A DNA stretch of 64,000 nucleotides from an uncultured Gemmatimonas sp. GTDB taxonomy: Bacteria > Gemmatimonadota > Gemmatimonadetes > Gemmatimonadales > Gemmatimonadaceae. Shown here piece by piece: positions 8,740 through 19,186 of the stretch (position 1 is the first letter of the stretch; every line of letters starts with the position of its first letter). The stretch lies in contig CAZYUL010000001.1 of assembly GCA_964650715.1 (NCBI GenBank), forward strand, positions 37,938 to 101,937, written 5' to 3'. The notes beneath the pieces are model-generated. The model saw only the letters and a program-made list of their open reading frames with translations. It did no database searches and was not told where the DNA came from. The translations under genes and the position numbers were made by a program.

Positions 8740-10185
8740 CTACCAGAGACCCACCTTCCCCCGCACCGATTCGATCAGCCGGGCGGGGTCGTACGCGACC
8801 CCACGCTTGAACACGAGTTCGACGTTCCGGATCGCGGTGATGTCGGCCACGGGATCGTCGCCGAGGACCACCAGGTCGGCCTGCTTTCCCACGGCGATCG
8901 ACCCGATCTCGCGGTCGCGCTCGAGGTAGCGCGCACCGTTCAGCGTGGCGACGCTGATCGCCTCCAGGGGCGTGAGGCCTCCTTCGACCAGCAGTTCGAT
9001 CGCGCGCTGGTTCGAGAATCCCGGCACGACGCCCCCACCGCCCGTCGGGTCGGTGCCGGCCAGGAGGAGCCCGCCGGCGCGGTGGAACGCGACCTCGGCG
9101 GCTCGCGCCGCCGCGAACAGCTGCATGTACCCGCTCGTGCGCTGCGCCACTGCAGCGTGCCGGCGCTCGTAGTCGGCCTTGAGCGACGGCTCGAGCACGT
9201 CGAGTCCGGGCGGCAACGGGCGGCCCGGCACGAACGTCTCGAAGATCGTGAGCGTCGAGGTGATCGCGACCTGACGGCGCACGAGCTCGGCGATGAGGTC
9301 CTTCATCTCGGCGCGCGCCGTGTCGATCGCGATCGCCTGCTCCTCGGGGCCCAGCTGCCGGCACTCGTCGGGTTTCTTGTCGGTCACGAAGTCGGTCGCG
9401 GCGAAGAACCCGTGCTCGAGGTTATGGATCCCGAGCTGCGCCGCCTCGCGGTACGTGACCGAGCAGAGGTGACCCGTGACCTTGAGTCCGCGCGAGCGCG
9501 CCTCGAGGATCGCCGCGCCGAGCATGTCCCGCGTCACCTGCATGTAGGCCTTGAACGATGTGGCGCCGGCATCGGCCCAGTAGGCGACGTGCCGCCGCGC
9601 CGCGGCGGGGTCCCGGAGGGGCTGCACCTGCGAGAGCGCGAGGCCCGGCCCGTTGATGTAGGGAGCGGTCGCGTCAATCCATGGTCCGGCCTTCTCCCCT
9701 CGTTGGATCGCATGCGCGAGGTTGATCTCGCCGAAGCCGTTCATGTTGCCACCCGTCCGCATCGCCGTCACGCCACCCGCGAGATAGAGCCGACTGAAGC
9801 TCTCGCCGAGCGCGCCGTAGGTCCCGCTCCCGGTCGGGTAGTAGAGATGCTCGTGCACCATCACGAGCCCGGGGATCAGCGTCCGCCCCGCGAGGTCGAT
9901 CTGCGTCGCCTCGGTGGGGATCGGGATGGTCCCCTCCGCTCCCATCGCCACGATGCGCCCGTCGCGGATGAGGAGCATCTGGCCGGCGCGCGCGGGCGCG
10001 CCGGTGCCGTCGATGATCCGCGCGTTGCGCAGGAGGATCACGGCCGCATCGGTGCGAACGAACCGCCGCACCGCCGGTGGGAGGGCGCCCCGCGACGCCG
10101 TGGATACGGTGCCCGTCGCCTGTGCGATGACGACCTCGGGGGAGGTCAGGAAGAGCGCAGCGAACAGGATGTTGACACGACGCAT
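8740..10185 (-). CDS. secreted amidohydrolase family protein
   Basis: LIPGLVMVHEH, NLEHG, LAGTD, ATLNGA...GSIAVGKQADLVVL. Confidence 0.88.
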   Translation of the reverse strand: MRRVNILFAALFLTSPEVVIAQATGTVSTASRGALPPAVRRFVRTDAAVILLRNARIIDGTGAPARAGQMLLIRDGRIVAMGAEGTIPIPTEATQIDLAGRTLIPGLVMVHEHLYYPTGSGTYGALGESFSRLYLAGGVTAMRTGGNMNGFGEINLAHAIQRGEKAGPWIDATAPYINGPGLALSQVQPLRDPAAARRHVAYWADAGATSFKAYMQVTRDMLGAAILEARSRGLKVTGHLCSVTYREAAQLGIHNLEHGFFAATDFVTDKKPDECRQLGPEEQAIAIDTARAEMKDLIAELVRRQVAITSTLTIFETFVPGRPLPPGLDVLEPSLKADYERRHAAVAQRTSGYMQLFAAARAAEVAFHRAGGLLLAGTDPTGGGGVVPGFSNQRAIELLVEGGLTPLEAISVATLNGARYLERDREIGSIAVGKQADLVVLGDDPVADITAIRNVELVFKRGVAYDPARLIESVRGKVGLW

Positions 10186-10250
10186 GGATCGGCTCCGGAT
10201 TGGCTGTGCGATATGTATCGGCCGCCGCGCCGGGCCGCCATCTTTCCGCC

Positions 10251-11498
10251 ATGTCGCTGACGACCAAGGTCCTCATCGCCCTCCTCGCGGGGCTCGCGCT
10301 CGGTATCCTGCTCGCCGTCACGGCCTTCCCGGGTGCTCCGACGATCACGGCGATCCTCGACCCCATCGGGACGCTGTTCATCAACGCGATCCGGATGACG
10401 GTGATCCCGCTCGTCGTCTCCTGTCTCGTGGTTGGGGTGAGCTCGGCGCCTGACCCTCGCTCGGTCGGACGCATCGGGGCGCGAGCGATCGTGGTCTTCA
10501 TCGTGGTCTGCGCGACGTCGTCGGCGACGGGCCTTCTCCTTGGCGTCCCGCTCATGGAACTCTTCCCGCTCGACCCCGCCGTGGTGGAGTCACTTCGCGC
10601 CTCGGCAATGGAGGGCGCGGCGAGCGCCGCCGAGCGGGCGCAGGGCGTGCAGACCCTCACCCAGTGGCTCGTGTCGCTCGTGCCTGTGAACCCGGTGGGC
10701 GCCGCCGCGAGCGGGGCGATGCTCCCGCTCATCGTCTTCACGGTGCTGTTCGCGGCGGCCCTCCTCCGGGTCGAGGGGGACCGCCGCGTCGCCGTCGTGC
10801 GGTTCTTCGAGGGCCTGCAGGATGCCTCGCTGGTGCTGGTCCGGGCGATCCTCGCCTTCGCCCCTCTCGGCGTCTTCGCACTGGCGGTGCCGCTCGCGGC
10901 GCGCATGGGGCTCTCGGCCATCGGTGCGCTCGCGAGCTACATCGCGATCGTCACCGGCGTGTGCGTGCTCTACAACGTGGCCTTCCTCTACCCGGCGGCG
11001 ATCCTGCTGGGGCGGGTACCGCTCAAGCTCTTCGCGCGGGCCGCGCTCCCGGCGCAGGGGATCGCCTTCAGTGCACGGTCCTCCCTCGCCGCCCTCCCGG
11101 CGATGCTCGAGAGCGTGGAGCAGGTGCTCCGGCTCCCGCCCTCCATCTCGAAGTTCTTCATCCCGCTGTCATCGTCCATGTTCCGCGCCGGCGCCGGCGT
11201 CGGGCAGGTGATCGGCGTGCTGTTCCTCGCGCGACTCTACGGCGTGGACCTCGGCACCGCGCAGTACCTCTCGATCGGCCTCGCGACGATCGTGACCTCG
11301 TTCTCGGTGCCCGGTGTGCCGGCGGGATCGATGATCGTGATGATCCCGGTGCTCACCGCGGCCGGCGTGCCGATCGAGGGGATCGCGATCCTGATCGGAG
11401 TGGACACCATCCCCGACATGTTCCGCACGACCACCAACATCACCGGCCACATGACGGCGGCGGTGATCCTGGCCCGCGGAGAGCGCGCCGAGGGATGA
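10251..11498 (+). CDS. dicarboxylate/amino acid:cation symporter (DAACS)
   Basis: FINAIRMTVIPLV, AFSARSSLAALP, GVDTIPDMFRTTTNITG; multiple TM helices. Confidence 0.9.
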   Translation: MSLTTKVLIALLAGLALGILLAVTAFPGAPTITAILDPIGTLFINAIRMTVIPLVVSCLVVGVSSAPDPRSVGRIGARAIVVFIVVCATSSATGLLLGVPLMELFPLDPAVVESLRASAMEGAASAAERAQGVQTLTQWLVSLVPVNPVGAAASGAMLPLIVFTVLFAAALLRVEGDRRVAVVRFFEGLQDASLVLVRAILAFAPLGVFALAVPLAARMGLSAIGALASYIAIVTGVCVLYNVAFLYPAAILLGRVPLKLFARAALPAQGIAFSARSSLAALPAMLESVEQVLRLPPSISKFFIPLSSSMFRAGAGVGQVIGVLFLARLYGVDLGTAQYLSIGLATIVTSFSVPGVPAGSMIVMIPVLTAAGVPIEGIAILIGVDTIPDMFRTTTNITGHMTAAVILARGERAEG

Positions 11499-12739
11499 TC
11501 GCGCACCCGGTCGCGCTGGCGCTCGCGGCCCTCTTCGTCGGCTTCGTCGGCTGGACCGCCTGGCGGTTCCGCGACTCGCGGTCGCTGGATGAGTGGCCGG
11601 CCATCGTGCCGGACGAGGCGCCGCTCGTGAGCGTGGTGATCCCGGCGCGCGATGAAGCGCGCAACATCGAGCGGTGCCTTCGCAGCGTGCTCGCCAGCAC
11701 CTGGCCGGCGCTCGAGGTGCTGGTCGTGGACGATCACTCGACCGACGGGACGGCTGCGATCGCGCGGCGCGTGGCCCAACAGGCGTCGGCGGCATCGGCC
11801 GCGGGGGTGCTCGTGGATCCGTCGCGCCCCACGCGGCCGGTCCACCGCACGGTGAAGGTCATCAGCGCACCGGCCCTCCCCGCCGGATGGTTCGGCAAGC
11901 AGTGGGCCTGTCACACTGCCGCGCAGGTCGCGCGTGGCGGCATCCTCCTCTTCACCGACGCCGACACCTGGCACGGTCCGGAGCTCCTCGCGCGCGCGAT
12001 CCGCGCGATGGGGGACCGGGATGCCGCCCTGCTCACCGTCGCCGGGCACCAGGAACTCGGAACGTTCTGGGAGAAGGTGGTGCAGCCGAGCGTCTTCGCG
12101 CTCCTGCATTCGCGCTATGGTGGACTCGAGGCGATGAGCCGGTCGCGCCGACCCATCAACAAGATCGCGAACGGGCAGTTCCTGCTCTTCCCCCGCGACT
12201 GGTATGAACGCGTCGGCGGGCACGCCGCGGTGCGCGACCACGTGGCGGAGGACCTCCTCCTCGCACAGCGGGTCACGGCACTGGGCGGCGCGATGCACAT
12301 GGTGCTGGCGAAGGACCACCTCTCGACGCGGATGTACACGACGTTGCGCGAGATCCGCCGAGGCTGGGGGAAGAACGTCTTCGCAGGTGGGCTGGAGACC
12401 TTCCCCGGCGGATTCCTCGGACGTTGGGCATTCCGGCTCTCGCTGCCGTTCTCGCCGATGGTCCCGCTGATCCCGCTCGTCGTGCCGCTGCTGGGGTGGC
12501 TCGGCGTGCTCGGTCCCGGCGCGCTCCTCTTCGGTGCGATCACCGCGCCGGTGAACCTCGTCTTCTGGATGGGGATCTACCGTTACGCGGGTCTCCGCCC
12601 GCTGTGGGGGCTCAGCTACCCGCTCGGCGCCCTCATCTTCACTTGGATCTGCGTGGAGGCAGCATGGCGCGGCCTCGACGTCTCGTGGCGTGGTCGCAGC
12701 TACCGCGTCGGGGCCGGAGAGACCGAGGGAGGAGCGTGA
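11495..12739 (+). CDS. GT2 glycosyltransferase (carotenoid glycosyltransferase-like)
   Basis: VSVVIPARDE, VVDDHSTDGT, GWFGKQWAC, LFTDAD, ANGQF, VAED; C-terminal TM helices. Confidence 0.85.
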   Translation: MIAHPVALALAALFVGFVGWTAWRFRDSRSLDEWPAIVPDEAPLVSVVIPARDEARNIERCLRSVLASTWPALEVLVVDDHSTDGTAAIARRVAQQASAASAAGVLVDPSRPTRPVHRTVKVISAPALPAGWFGKQWACHTAAQVARGGILLFTDADTWHGPELLARAIRAMGDRDAALLTVAGHQELGTFWEKVVQPSVFALLHSRYGGLEAMSRSRRPINKIANGQFLLFPRDWYERVGGHAAVRDHVAEDLLLAQRVTALGGAMHMVLAKDHLSTRMYTTLREIRRGWGKNVFAGGLETFPGGFLGRWAFRLSLPFSPMVPLIPLVVPLLGWLGVLGPGALLFGAITAPVNLVFWMGIYRYAGLRPLWGLSYPLGALIFTWICVEAAWRGLDVSWRGRSYRVGAGETEGGA

Positions 12740-13425
12740 AGGCACCTGCTCCCAGCCCATCGCCGATCGCGCCGCCGTTGGCAGTCCTCTTCGACCTCGA
12801 CGGCACGCTCATCGATTCGATCGGGCTGATCGTGGCGTCCATGGAGTACTCGTTCGAGGGGCGCGAGCACCGGCCGGACAGGACGGAGTGGGTCGCGGCG
12901 ATCGGGACGCCGCTCGACGGGATGCTGCGACGATGGGCGCGGGACGAGGCGGACGTCGAGTTCCTCCGGGCGCGGTACCGCGAACACCAGCTGATCCATC
13001 ATGATGCGATGACACGGGCGTATCCGGGGGCGGTGGAGACGGTGCGTGCGCTACACGCGTCGGGGCACCCCTTGGCCATCGTGACGTCCAAGCTGGAGGT
13101 CGGAGCGCGGCGGTCGTTGAGGTTCCTTGGCATCGAGGAGTGCTTCACGGCGGTCGTCGGGCTCGACGCGACCGCTCGACACAAGCCGGACCCGGAGCCG
13201 GTCCGCCACGCGCTGGAGCGACTGGGCGGGCTCGAGCCCCAGCAGGCACTGTTCGTCGGCGACTCGGTGCATGACATGCGCTCGGGGAACGCGGCGGGGG
13301 TATCGACGGCGGCGGCGCTCTGGGGACCGAGCACCCGTGAGGAGTTGGAGACGGCGGGGCCGGGGCACTGGCTCCACTCGCTCGACGACGTGCGCACGCT
13401 CGTGCACCGGATTGCGATGAAGTGA
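12736..13425 (+). CDS. HAD family hydrolase (PpaX/phosphoglycolate phosphatase-like)
   Basis: FDLDGTLIDS, VTSK, HKPDPEP, FVGDSVHD. GTGA overlap with the upstream stop. Confidence 0.88.
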   Translation: MKAPAPSPSPIAPPLAVLFDLDGTLIDSIGLIVASMEYSFEGREHRPDRTEWVAAIGTPLDGMLRRWARDEADVEFLRARYREHQLIHHDAMTRAYPGAVETVRALHASGHPLAIVTSKLEVGARRSLRFLGIEECFTAVVGLDATARHKPDPEPVRHALERLGGLEPQQALFVGDSVHDMRSGNAAGVSTAAALWGPSTREELETAGPGHWLHSLDDVRTLVHRIAMK

Positions 13426-13462
13426 TGCCGGCGGGGGGCCCGCGGCGGCACATCGTGCGCGC

Positions 13463-16400
13463 GTGCTCACCACCCGTGACGCGGCGCGCGTGCTGGCCGG
13501 AGGATCACTCGACGCGCTGACCGCGCTCCTCGGCTTCGCGCGCCCGTTGCCACTCGGCCCGCGTGACCGTCGCAGCCTCGACCCAGGCGGCGCGATCGTC
13601 CGCGCAGCCACGGCGCCCCGACACGCGAGCCTCCGCGTGCTGACGCTCGAGTGCCGTGCCGACGCGCCGGCGCTGCGCACCGGCGCCACCGCGATCGCCC
13701 GCACGATCGTCGCACGTTCGCCCCAACTCCGGTGGCTCCTGCTGGCCCGGCACCCCGGCACGGGCGAACTCCTCATCGCCGCACCGCCACCGGACGGTCG
13801 GGGGCCCCTCCCGTCGCTGCTCGTGGACCTCTCCCGCGTGCGTGAGTCGGACGCCGAGACGCTCGCGGCGCTCGCCGCCGGTGGCGACGGCGACGAGCTG
13901 TTGGTACACCTGCGGTGGCGCGAGACCCTCGGTCGCGACGCCCTCTCCCGGCGCTTCTACAGCGAGCTCGAGCGCTGCGTGAACACGCTCGCCGACACCG
14001 CGGTGGGCCGCGCCTCCCGCGCGGATCGCCGCACGATGGCGCTGCTCACGAGCTCGCGTCTCCTCTTCCTCGCGTTCCTCGAGGCGAAGGGGTGGCTGGA
14101 CGAGGACCGCGCGTACCTCAGGCACGGGCTCGAGCGCGCCGCCGGCGTCACCGACGTGCAGCGCCGCTTCCTCGAGCCCTTGTTCTTCGGGACCCTCAAC
14201 ACGCCCGTCCATGCGCGTTCCCCCGCGGCACGTGCGCTCGGGCGCATCCCATTCCTGAACGGCGGTCTCTTCACCCGCAGCGGCGTCGAGAAGCGGTGCC
14301 GCGCGCTGCGGTTCACCGACGACGCGCTCGCCGCGATCATCGGCGACCTGCTGGTCCGATTCCGGCTCACTGCGCGCGAGACCACGTCGGACCTCTCGGA
14401 CGCCGCGGTCGATCCCGAGATGCTGGGCCGCGCCTTCGAATCGCTGATGAGCACCGACGCGCGGCGCGCGCAGGGCTCGTTCTTCACGCCACACGCCCTC
14501 ACCACGCGGATCGTCGCCGAGGCCATCGCGTCCGCTCGAGCGGGCGGCGTATCCCCGCACCACCTCCTCGTCCTCGATCCCGCCTGTGGATCCGGCGCCT
14601 TCCTCGTCGCGACGCTCGAGATGATCGCGGAGGAGTCGGCGCAGCGCCGCGAAGTGCTCACGCGATGCATCCACGGCGTGGACCGCGATCCGCTGGCGGT
14701 ATGGCTCTGCCAGCTTCGGCTCTGGCTCTCGGTGGTCGTGGACGAGGAGGCGGACGATCCGCTGCGTCTCGCTCCACTGCCCAATCTCGACCGCAATATC
14801 CACGAGGGGGATGCGCTCGCGGGCGACGCGTTCGGCGACCGTCCGCTGGTGGGCACGACCGCCGTTGACCAGCTCCGGCTCCGGTATGCGCGGGCGACCG
14901 GTGCGCGGAAGGTCACCCTGGCCCGGGCCCTCGACCGCGCCGAGCGCTCGCGCGCCATCGCCGCGGCGAAGCAGCGGATCGCACGGCTCACCGCGGAGCG
15001 ACGTGAGTTGCTCGTGACCGCGCGATCCCCGGATCTCCTCGGCGCGCGACGCGGCGTGGACGCGACGACACGCCGGACACTCGATGGCCTCCGCGCCGAG
15101 CTGCGCAGCGCGGGCCTCGCGCTGCGACGCCTGCGCGATGGCGGCGCACTCGCGTTCGGGTTCGCCACCCACTTCCCGCACGTGGCCGCTCACGGGGGGT
15201 TCGACCTCGTCATCGGGAATCCGCCGTGGGTGCGACCCCATGCGATCCCCGCGGCGGAACGGGACACCCTGCGCGCGCGCTTCGAGAGCGGCCGCGCGTC
15301 GGCGTGGGAAGCGGGCGCGCGCGCCGCCGCGGCCGGTCGCGGGTTCGGCTCGCAAGCCGACCTCGCCGCGCTCTTCACGGAGCGCGCCGTGCAGGTCACC
15401 CGCGCCGGCGGCGAGGTCGCGCTCCTCCTGCCCTCCAAGCTCTGGTGCTCGCTCGCGGGCGGCGGGGTGCGTGCGTTCCTGCAGCGGCGATGCACGCTCC
15501 TCGCGGTGGACGACTGGGGCGCGGATGACGGAGGGTTCGATGCGTCGGTCTATCCGTCGGCGATCCACGTGCGCGTGCGCGGCCGGGACGCGGATGCCGT
15601 TGACGCGAATGGCGTGGTGCTCCTCCGGAGGCACGAGGGAGGGCGATCCGTCGAGCACCGCGTCCTCCGAGGACGCATCGCGCTCGACGACTCCCCCGGT
15701 GCGCCGTGGCTCCTGGCGCCGTCCGACGTCCGTGACGCGTTCGACCGACTCACCGCGAGCGGGATCCCGCTGTCCGACACCGCGTTCGGACGTCCCCTGC
15801 TCGGCGTGAAGACCGGATGCAACGACGCGTTCGTCGGTCCGCTGGATGGGATCGAGCCCGAGCTCATCCGCCCGCTGTTGCGCGGAGAGGACCTCACCGC
15901 GTGGCGGCTCCCCGACGGCGCGCCGCGCGCGCGCATCCTCTGGACCCACGACGCCTCGGGAGCGCCGCTCGCATCGCTCCCACCGGCCGCCTCTCGCCGG
16001 CTCTCGCGGTGGCGGCGGCGGCTCGAGGTCCGGACCGATGGACGCGGCGCGCGATGGTGGGCGCTCTTCCGCACGGAATCGGCGCGCTCCGACCGCCCTC
16101 GCGTCGTCTGGGGTGACATCGGACGCTGTCCCCGCGCCCTCGTGCTGGCCGCCGGCGACCCGACGGTACCGTTGAACACCTGCTACGTCGTCCGCGCGCC
16201 GACGGAGGAAGACGCCCACGCGCTCGCCGCGCTGCTCAACTCCCGCGTGGCGCGTGCGTGGCTCGTGGCCATCGCTGAGCCGGCGCGCGGCGGCTACCGC
16301 CGATATCTCGGCTGGACCTGCGCCCGGTTGCCCGTGCCGCGCGCGTGGGCACAGGCCCGCGCCACGCTGTCCTCGATCGCTCGGGCGGCGTCGCGGGGCG

Positions 16401-16498
16401 ACCCTCCGGACCACGCCGCGCTCGATCGGGCCGTGGCGGCCGCTTACGGGATCCCGCTCGACGCCCTCGCGCCCCTGCTCCGATGGCGCGAAGCCTGA
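13463..16498 (+). CDS. Eco57I-type N6-adenine DNA methyltransferase with C-terminal target-recognition region
   Basis: IPFLNGGLF, VDPEMLGRAFE, GSFFTP, motif I LDPACGSGAFL, motif IV GFDLVIGNPPW, C-terminal LAALLNS. Confidence 0.88.
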   Translation: MLTTRDAARVLAGGSLDALTALLGFARPLPLGPRDRRSLDPGGAIVRAATAPRHASLRVLTLECRADAPALRTGATAIARTIVARSPQLRWLLLARHPGTGELLIAAPPPDGRGPLPSLLVDLSRVRESDAETLAALAAGGDGDELLVHLRWRETLGRDALSRRFYSELERCVNTLADTAVGRASRADRRTMALLTSSRLLFLAFLEAKGWLDEDRAYLRHGLERAAGVTDVQRRFLEPLFFGTLNTPVHARSPAARALGRIPFLNGGLFTRSGVEKRCRALRFTDDALAAIIGDLLVRFRLTARETTSDLSDAAVDPEMLGRAFESLMSTDARRAQGSFFTPHALTTRIVAEAIASARAGGVSPHHLLVLDPACGSGAFLVATLEMIAEESAQRREVLTRCIHGVDRDPLAVWLCQLRLWLSVVVDEEADDPLRLAPLPNLDRNIHEGDALAGDAFGDRPLVGTTAVDQLRLRYARATGARKVTLARALDRAERSRAIAAAKQRIARLTAERRELLVTARSPDLLGARRGVDATTRRTLDGLRAELRSAGLALRRLRDGGALAFGFATHFPHVAAHGGFDLVIGNPPWVRPHAIPAAERDTLRARFESGRASAWEAGARAAAAGRGFGSQADLAALFTERAVQVTRAGGEVALLLPSKLWCSLAGGGVRAFLQRRCTLLAVDDWGADDGGFDASVYPSAIHVRVRGRDADAVDANGVVLLRRHEGGRSVEHRVLRGRIALDDSPGAPWLLAPSDVRDAFDRLTASGIPLSDTAFGRPLLGVKTGCNDAFVGPLDGIEPELIRPLLRGEDLTAWRLPDGAPRARILWTHDASGAPLASLPPAASRRLSRWRRRLEVRTDGRGARWWALFRTESARSDRPRVVWGDIGRCPRALVLAAGDPTVPLNTCYVVRAPTEEDAHALAALLNSRVARAWLVAIAEPARGGYRRYLGWTCARLPVPRAWAQARATLSSIARAASRGDPPDHAALDRAVAAAYGIPLDALAPLLRWREA

Positions 16499-18678
16499 TC
16501 GCACGCGCCTGGCTCTCGGACGCCACGGTCGATGCGCGCCTCGGACGCATCGTGCTCCGCCGGGCGCAACGCGAGACCGTCGCCCGCGCGAACGCCGCGC
16601 TCGCCGAGTTCGGGGGTGCCCTGGTCGCCGACCCGCCGGGCGCCGGCAAGACCATCGTCGCGCTCGCGGTCGCGCGCGGAGCGTCGGACACGCTGGTGGT
16701 CGCCCCCGCGACCCTGCGCACCCAATGGCGGCACGCGGCGGCGCGCACCGGCATCGCGATCCGGTTCGTCTCGTACGAGTCGCTGGGCCGTGGGGCGACG
16801 CCGCACGCCGGCAAGCTCGTGATCCTCGACGAGGCGCACCACGCGCGGAACCCGGCCACGGTGCGTCATCGTCGTCTCCGCGCGTTCCTGGCGCGCTCCC
16901 GCGTGCTCCTCCTCACCGCGACACCGGTGGTGAATCGACGCGCCGACCTGATCGCCCTGCTCTCCCTCTTCCTCGGCGACCGCGCCGCGCGCCTCTCGCG
17001 CGCCGAACTCGCGCGGTGCGTCCTGCAGTGCGATGACGCCCGGGCCGCGTCGCCGCCCGTGCGTCGACTCGCGCCGCTCCGGCCGGCGATCGCGGTGCCC
17101 GGACTGGGCCGGGCGCTCCGCTCGCTCCCGGCGCCGCTGCCCGTCGCGGACGGCGGCAGCGCGATCGCCCTGATCCGGATGACACTCGCGCTCGCCTGGG
17201 CATCGAGCCTGGCCGCACTCGACCGCGCGCTCGTGAGGCGGACCCAGCGGGGCATGGCGATCCTCGACGTGCTCGACGCGGGTCGCGCGCCAACGGCGAG
17301 CGCGCTCCGGCATTGGGTCCTCGCGCCGGACTCGACGCAACTCGCGTTCGCCCCACTCGTGTCGGACACGCCCACCGCCGAAGGCGCCCCGCCCGCCTCC
17401 GCGGCCATCGAGGTCGTGAGCGCGCATCTCGCCGCCGTGCGCTCGATGCGGGCCCTGATCCGACCGTTCATCGCGGGAGACATCGCGGCCCGCGCCGAGT
17501 CACTCCGCGAACTCGCCGCGTCACATCCTGCGCGCCGGATCGTCGTGTTCAGTCGGTTCGCGGAGACGGTGGCCTCGCTGCATCTGGCAATGCGCCGCGA
17601 ACCGGGAGTGGTCGCGGTCACCGGACGCGTCGTGCGCGCTGCCGCCGGTCGCTGGAGCCGTGACGAGATCCTCGCCCGGGTCGGACCGCGCGCGGGCGGC
17701 ATCACACCATCGGACCCGCGGGAGGTCCGGCTGCTGATCGCCACCGATCTCCTCTCCGAGGGGGTCGAGATGCAGGGAGTGGGCATCCTCGTGCACGCCG
17801 ACCTCCCGTGGACGCCGGCTCGGCTGGAGCAGCGGCGCGGTCGGCTCACCCGCATCGGGGCGCTGACGCGAGAGGTCTTCGAGACCCGCTTCGTCGCTCC
17901 TGCCGAGGCGACGGAGCTCGTGCGGCTCGGCGCGCGACTCCGACGCAAGCGGAGGCACGCGGACCGTGCGACGACGACGCCGGGCGCCGTCGGGATCCTC
18001 GCCGGACTGCTCCACGAGTGGGCTCGTGGGCCGGCGGGGCCACGTTTCGCCCTCCTCGACGGACCGCGGTCGGGCTTCCTCGCACTCGTGCGCGAGGACG
18101 GTCGCGATCCCTTGCTCGTCGCGGGCTACCAGTCGTGGGGTTCGCACCGGTGGCGCATCAGCCATCGCGCCGATCGCGTGCTGCCAATCGCTCGCGTCGC
18201 CCAGGGTGACGAGCGCGTCGCTCCGGTCGCGGACGTCCGCCGGCTCACGACGCTCCTCCGTCGTTTCCTCGCTCGGCGCTCGGCGCGGGCCGCGCTCGGC
18301 GGCTCGGCGCTGCGGAAGGGTGACGGCATCGCCCGGATGGCATCGCGGATCGAGCGCATCCTGCGTCGCACCCGCCCCATCGATCGGCCGCCCCTGGCGT
18401 CGCTCGCGCACGGCCTCCACACCGTCGCGGAGGGCAGCGGCTCGCGTGCTCTCGCCGAGCGAGCACCGGCGCTCATGGCGCTGACCTCGGATGGCGAGTT
18501 CGTGGACGAGGTGCGGCGACTGCTCGCCGGCGTCACAACCGGCCCGCTGGGCGCGCGAATCCGCCCGCCTTGCCGCCTCGTTGCGGCGCTGATCCTCAGG
18601 CCTGCGGAGCGTCGTGCGGAGGCAACACCGGCGACCGTTCCGCCATCAGCTTCGCCTGGAACCGCTGCGCTTCGCTGA
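16483..18678 (+). CDS. SF2 (SNF2/DEAD-like) helicase
   Basis: ADPPGAGKT, LDEAHH, LLLTATP, VVFS, ATDLLSEG, LEQRRGR. Overlaps the methyltransferase stop by 16 bp. Confidence 0.85.
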   Translation: MARSLIARAWLSDATVDARLGRIVLRRAQRETVARANAALAEFGGALVADPPGAGKTIVALAVARGASDTLVVAPATLRTQWRHAAARTGIAIRFVSYESLGRGATPHAGKLVILDEAHHARNPATVRHRRLRAFLARSRVLLLTATPVVNRRADLIALLSLFLGDRAARLSRAELARCVLQCDDARAASPPVRRLAPLRPAIAVPGLGRALRSLPAPLPVADGGSAIALIRMTLALAWASSLAALDRALVRRTQRGMAILDVLDAGRAPTASALRHWVLAPDSTQLAFAPLVSDTPTAEGAPPASAAIEVVSAHLAAVRSMRALIRPFIAGDIAARAESLRELAASHPARRIVVFSRFAETVASLHLAMRREPGVVAVTGRVVRAAAGRWSRDEILARVGPRAGGITPSDPREVRLLIATDLLSEGVEMQGVGILVHADLPWTPARLEQRRGRLTRIGALTREVFETRFVAPAEATELVRLGARLRRKRRHADRATTTPGAVGILAGLLHEWARGPAGPRFALLDGPRSGFLALVREDGRDPLLVAGYQSWGSHRWRISHRADRVLPIARVAQGDERVAPVADVRRLTTLLRRFLARRSARAALGGSALRKGDGIARMASRIERILRRTRPIDRPPLASLAHGLHTVAEGSGSRALAERAPALMALTSDGEFVDEVRRLLAGVTTGPLGARIRPPCRLVAALILRPAERRAEATPATVPPSASPGTAALR

Positions 18679-19186
18679 TCCGCTCGAGTTCGACCGCCAT
18701 CGCGTCCACGCTCTCCTGCAGTTGGCGGATCTGCGGCATCACGTCAGACGCCTTGACCATCCCGATCTCAGCGCGCTTGTCCAGTCGCCGGGCGAATGCC
18801 CGCGCCAGTGGCCAGCCCACCGTGAGGAACGCGACCATCGAGAGGAGGATCCCGAAGATGGGAAGGGCCCCGTCGAGCGCTGCGCGCACGATCGCCTCTG
18901 GATCCACCGGCATCTCCGGCGGCTGCCCAGTGGTCGCGATGGTCCCTCCGGGGCCTTGGCCCGCGACCACCGGCACCTGTTGCTGGCCGTCCACGATCAC
19001 GACCCGCTGAACCCCTCCCGTCGGGGCGCCGGGTGCCGCAGGGATCGCCGGGATCGGAGGATTGGCCGGGGCCGTGGTCGTGGCCGTCCCTTGCGGGAGC
19101 CCATCGAGCGCCCGAAGCCCGTCGAGGGCTTCCATCGCCCGGCCGAGGTCGGGGGTCGCTTGGGACTGAGCGTGGAGAGGACTCAT
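18596..19186 (-). CDS. single-TM coiled-coil hypothetical protein
   Basis: Pro-rich N-terminus, TM segment, C-terminal QLQESVDAMAVELERISEAQRF coiled coil. Confidence 0.75.
   Translation of the reverse strand: MSPLHAQSQATPDLGRAMEALDGLRALDGLPQGTATTTAPANPPIPAIPAAPGAPTGGVQRVVIVDGQQQVPVVAGQGPGGTIATTGQPPEMPVDPEAIVRAALDGALPIFGILLSMVAFLTVGWPLARAFARRLDKRAEIGMVKASDVMPQIRQLQESVDAMAVELERISEAQRFQAKLMAERSPVLPPHDAPQA

Noticed and set aside
13505-16504. Very long antisense and off-frame ORFs (for example 13505-16504, 37510-40029, 53016-55262, 631-2760)
   Set aside because: Arg/Gly/Pro-rich, lack family motifs, and mirror well-supported genes; expected shadows at high GC.
13463-18678. Calling the methyltransferase-helicase pair DISARM or BREX
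   Set aside because: No DUF1998, PLD, PglZ or BrxC-like genes are present in the window.
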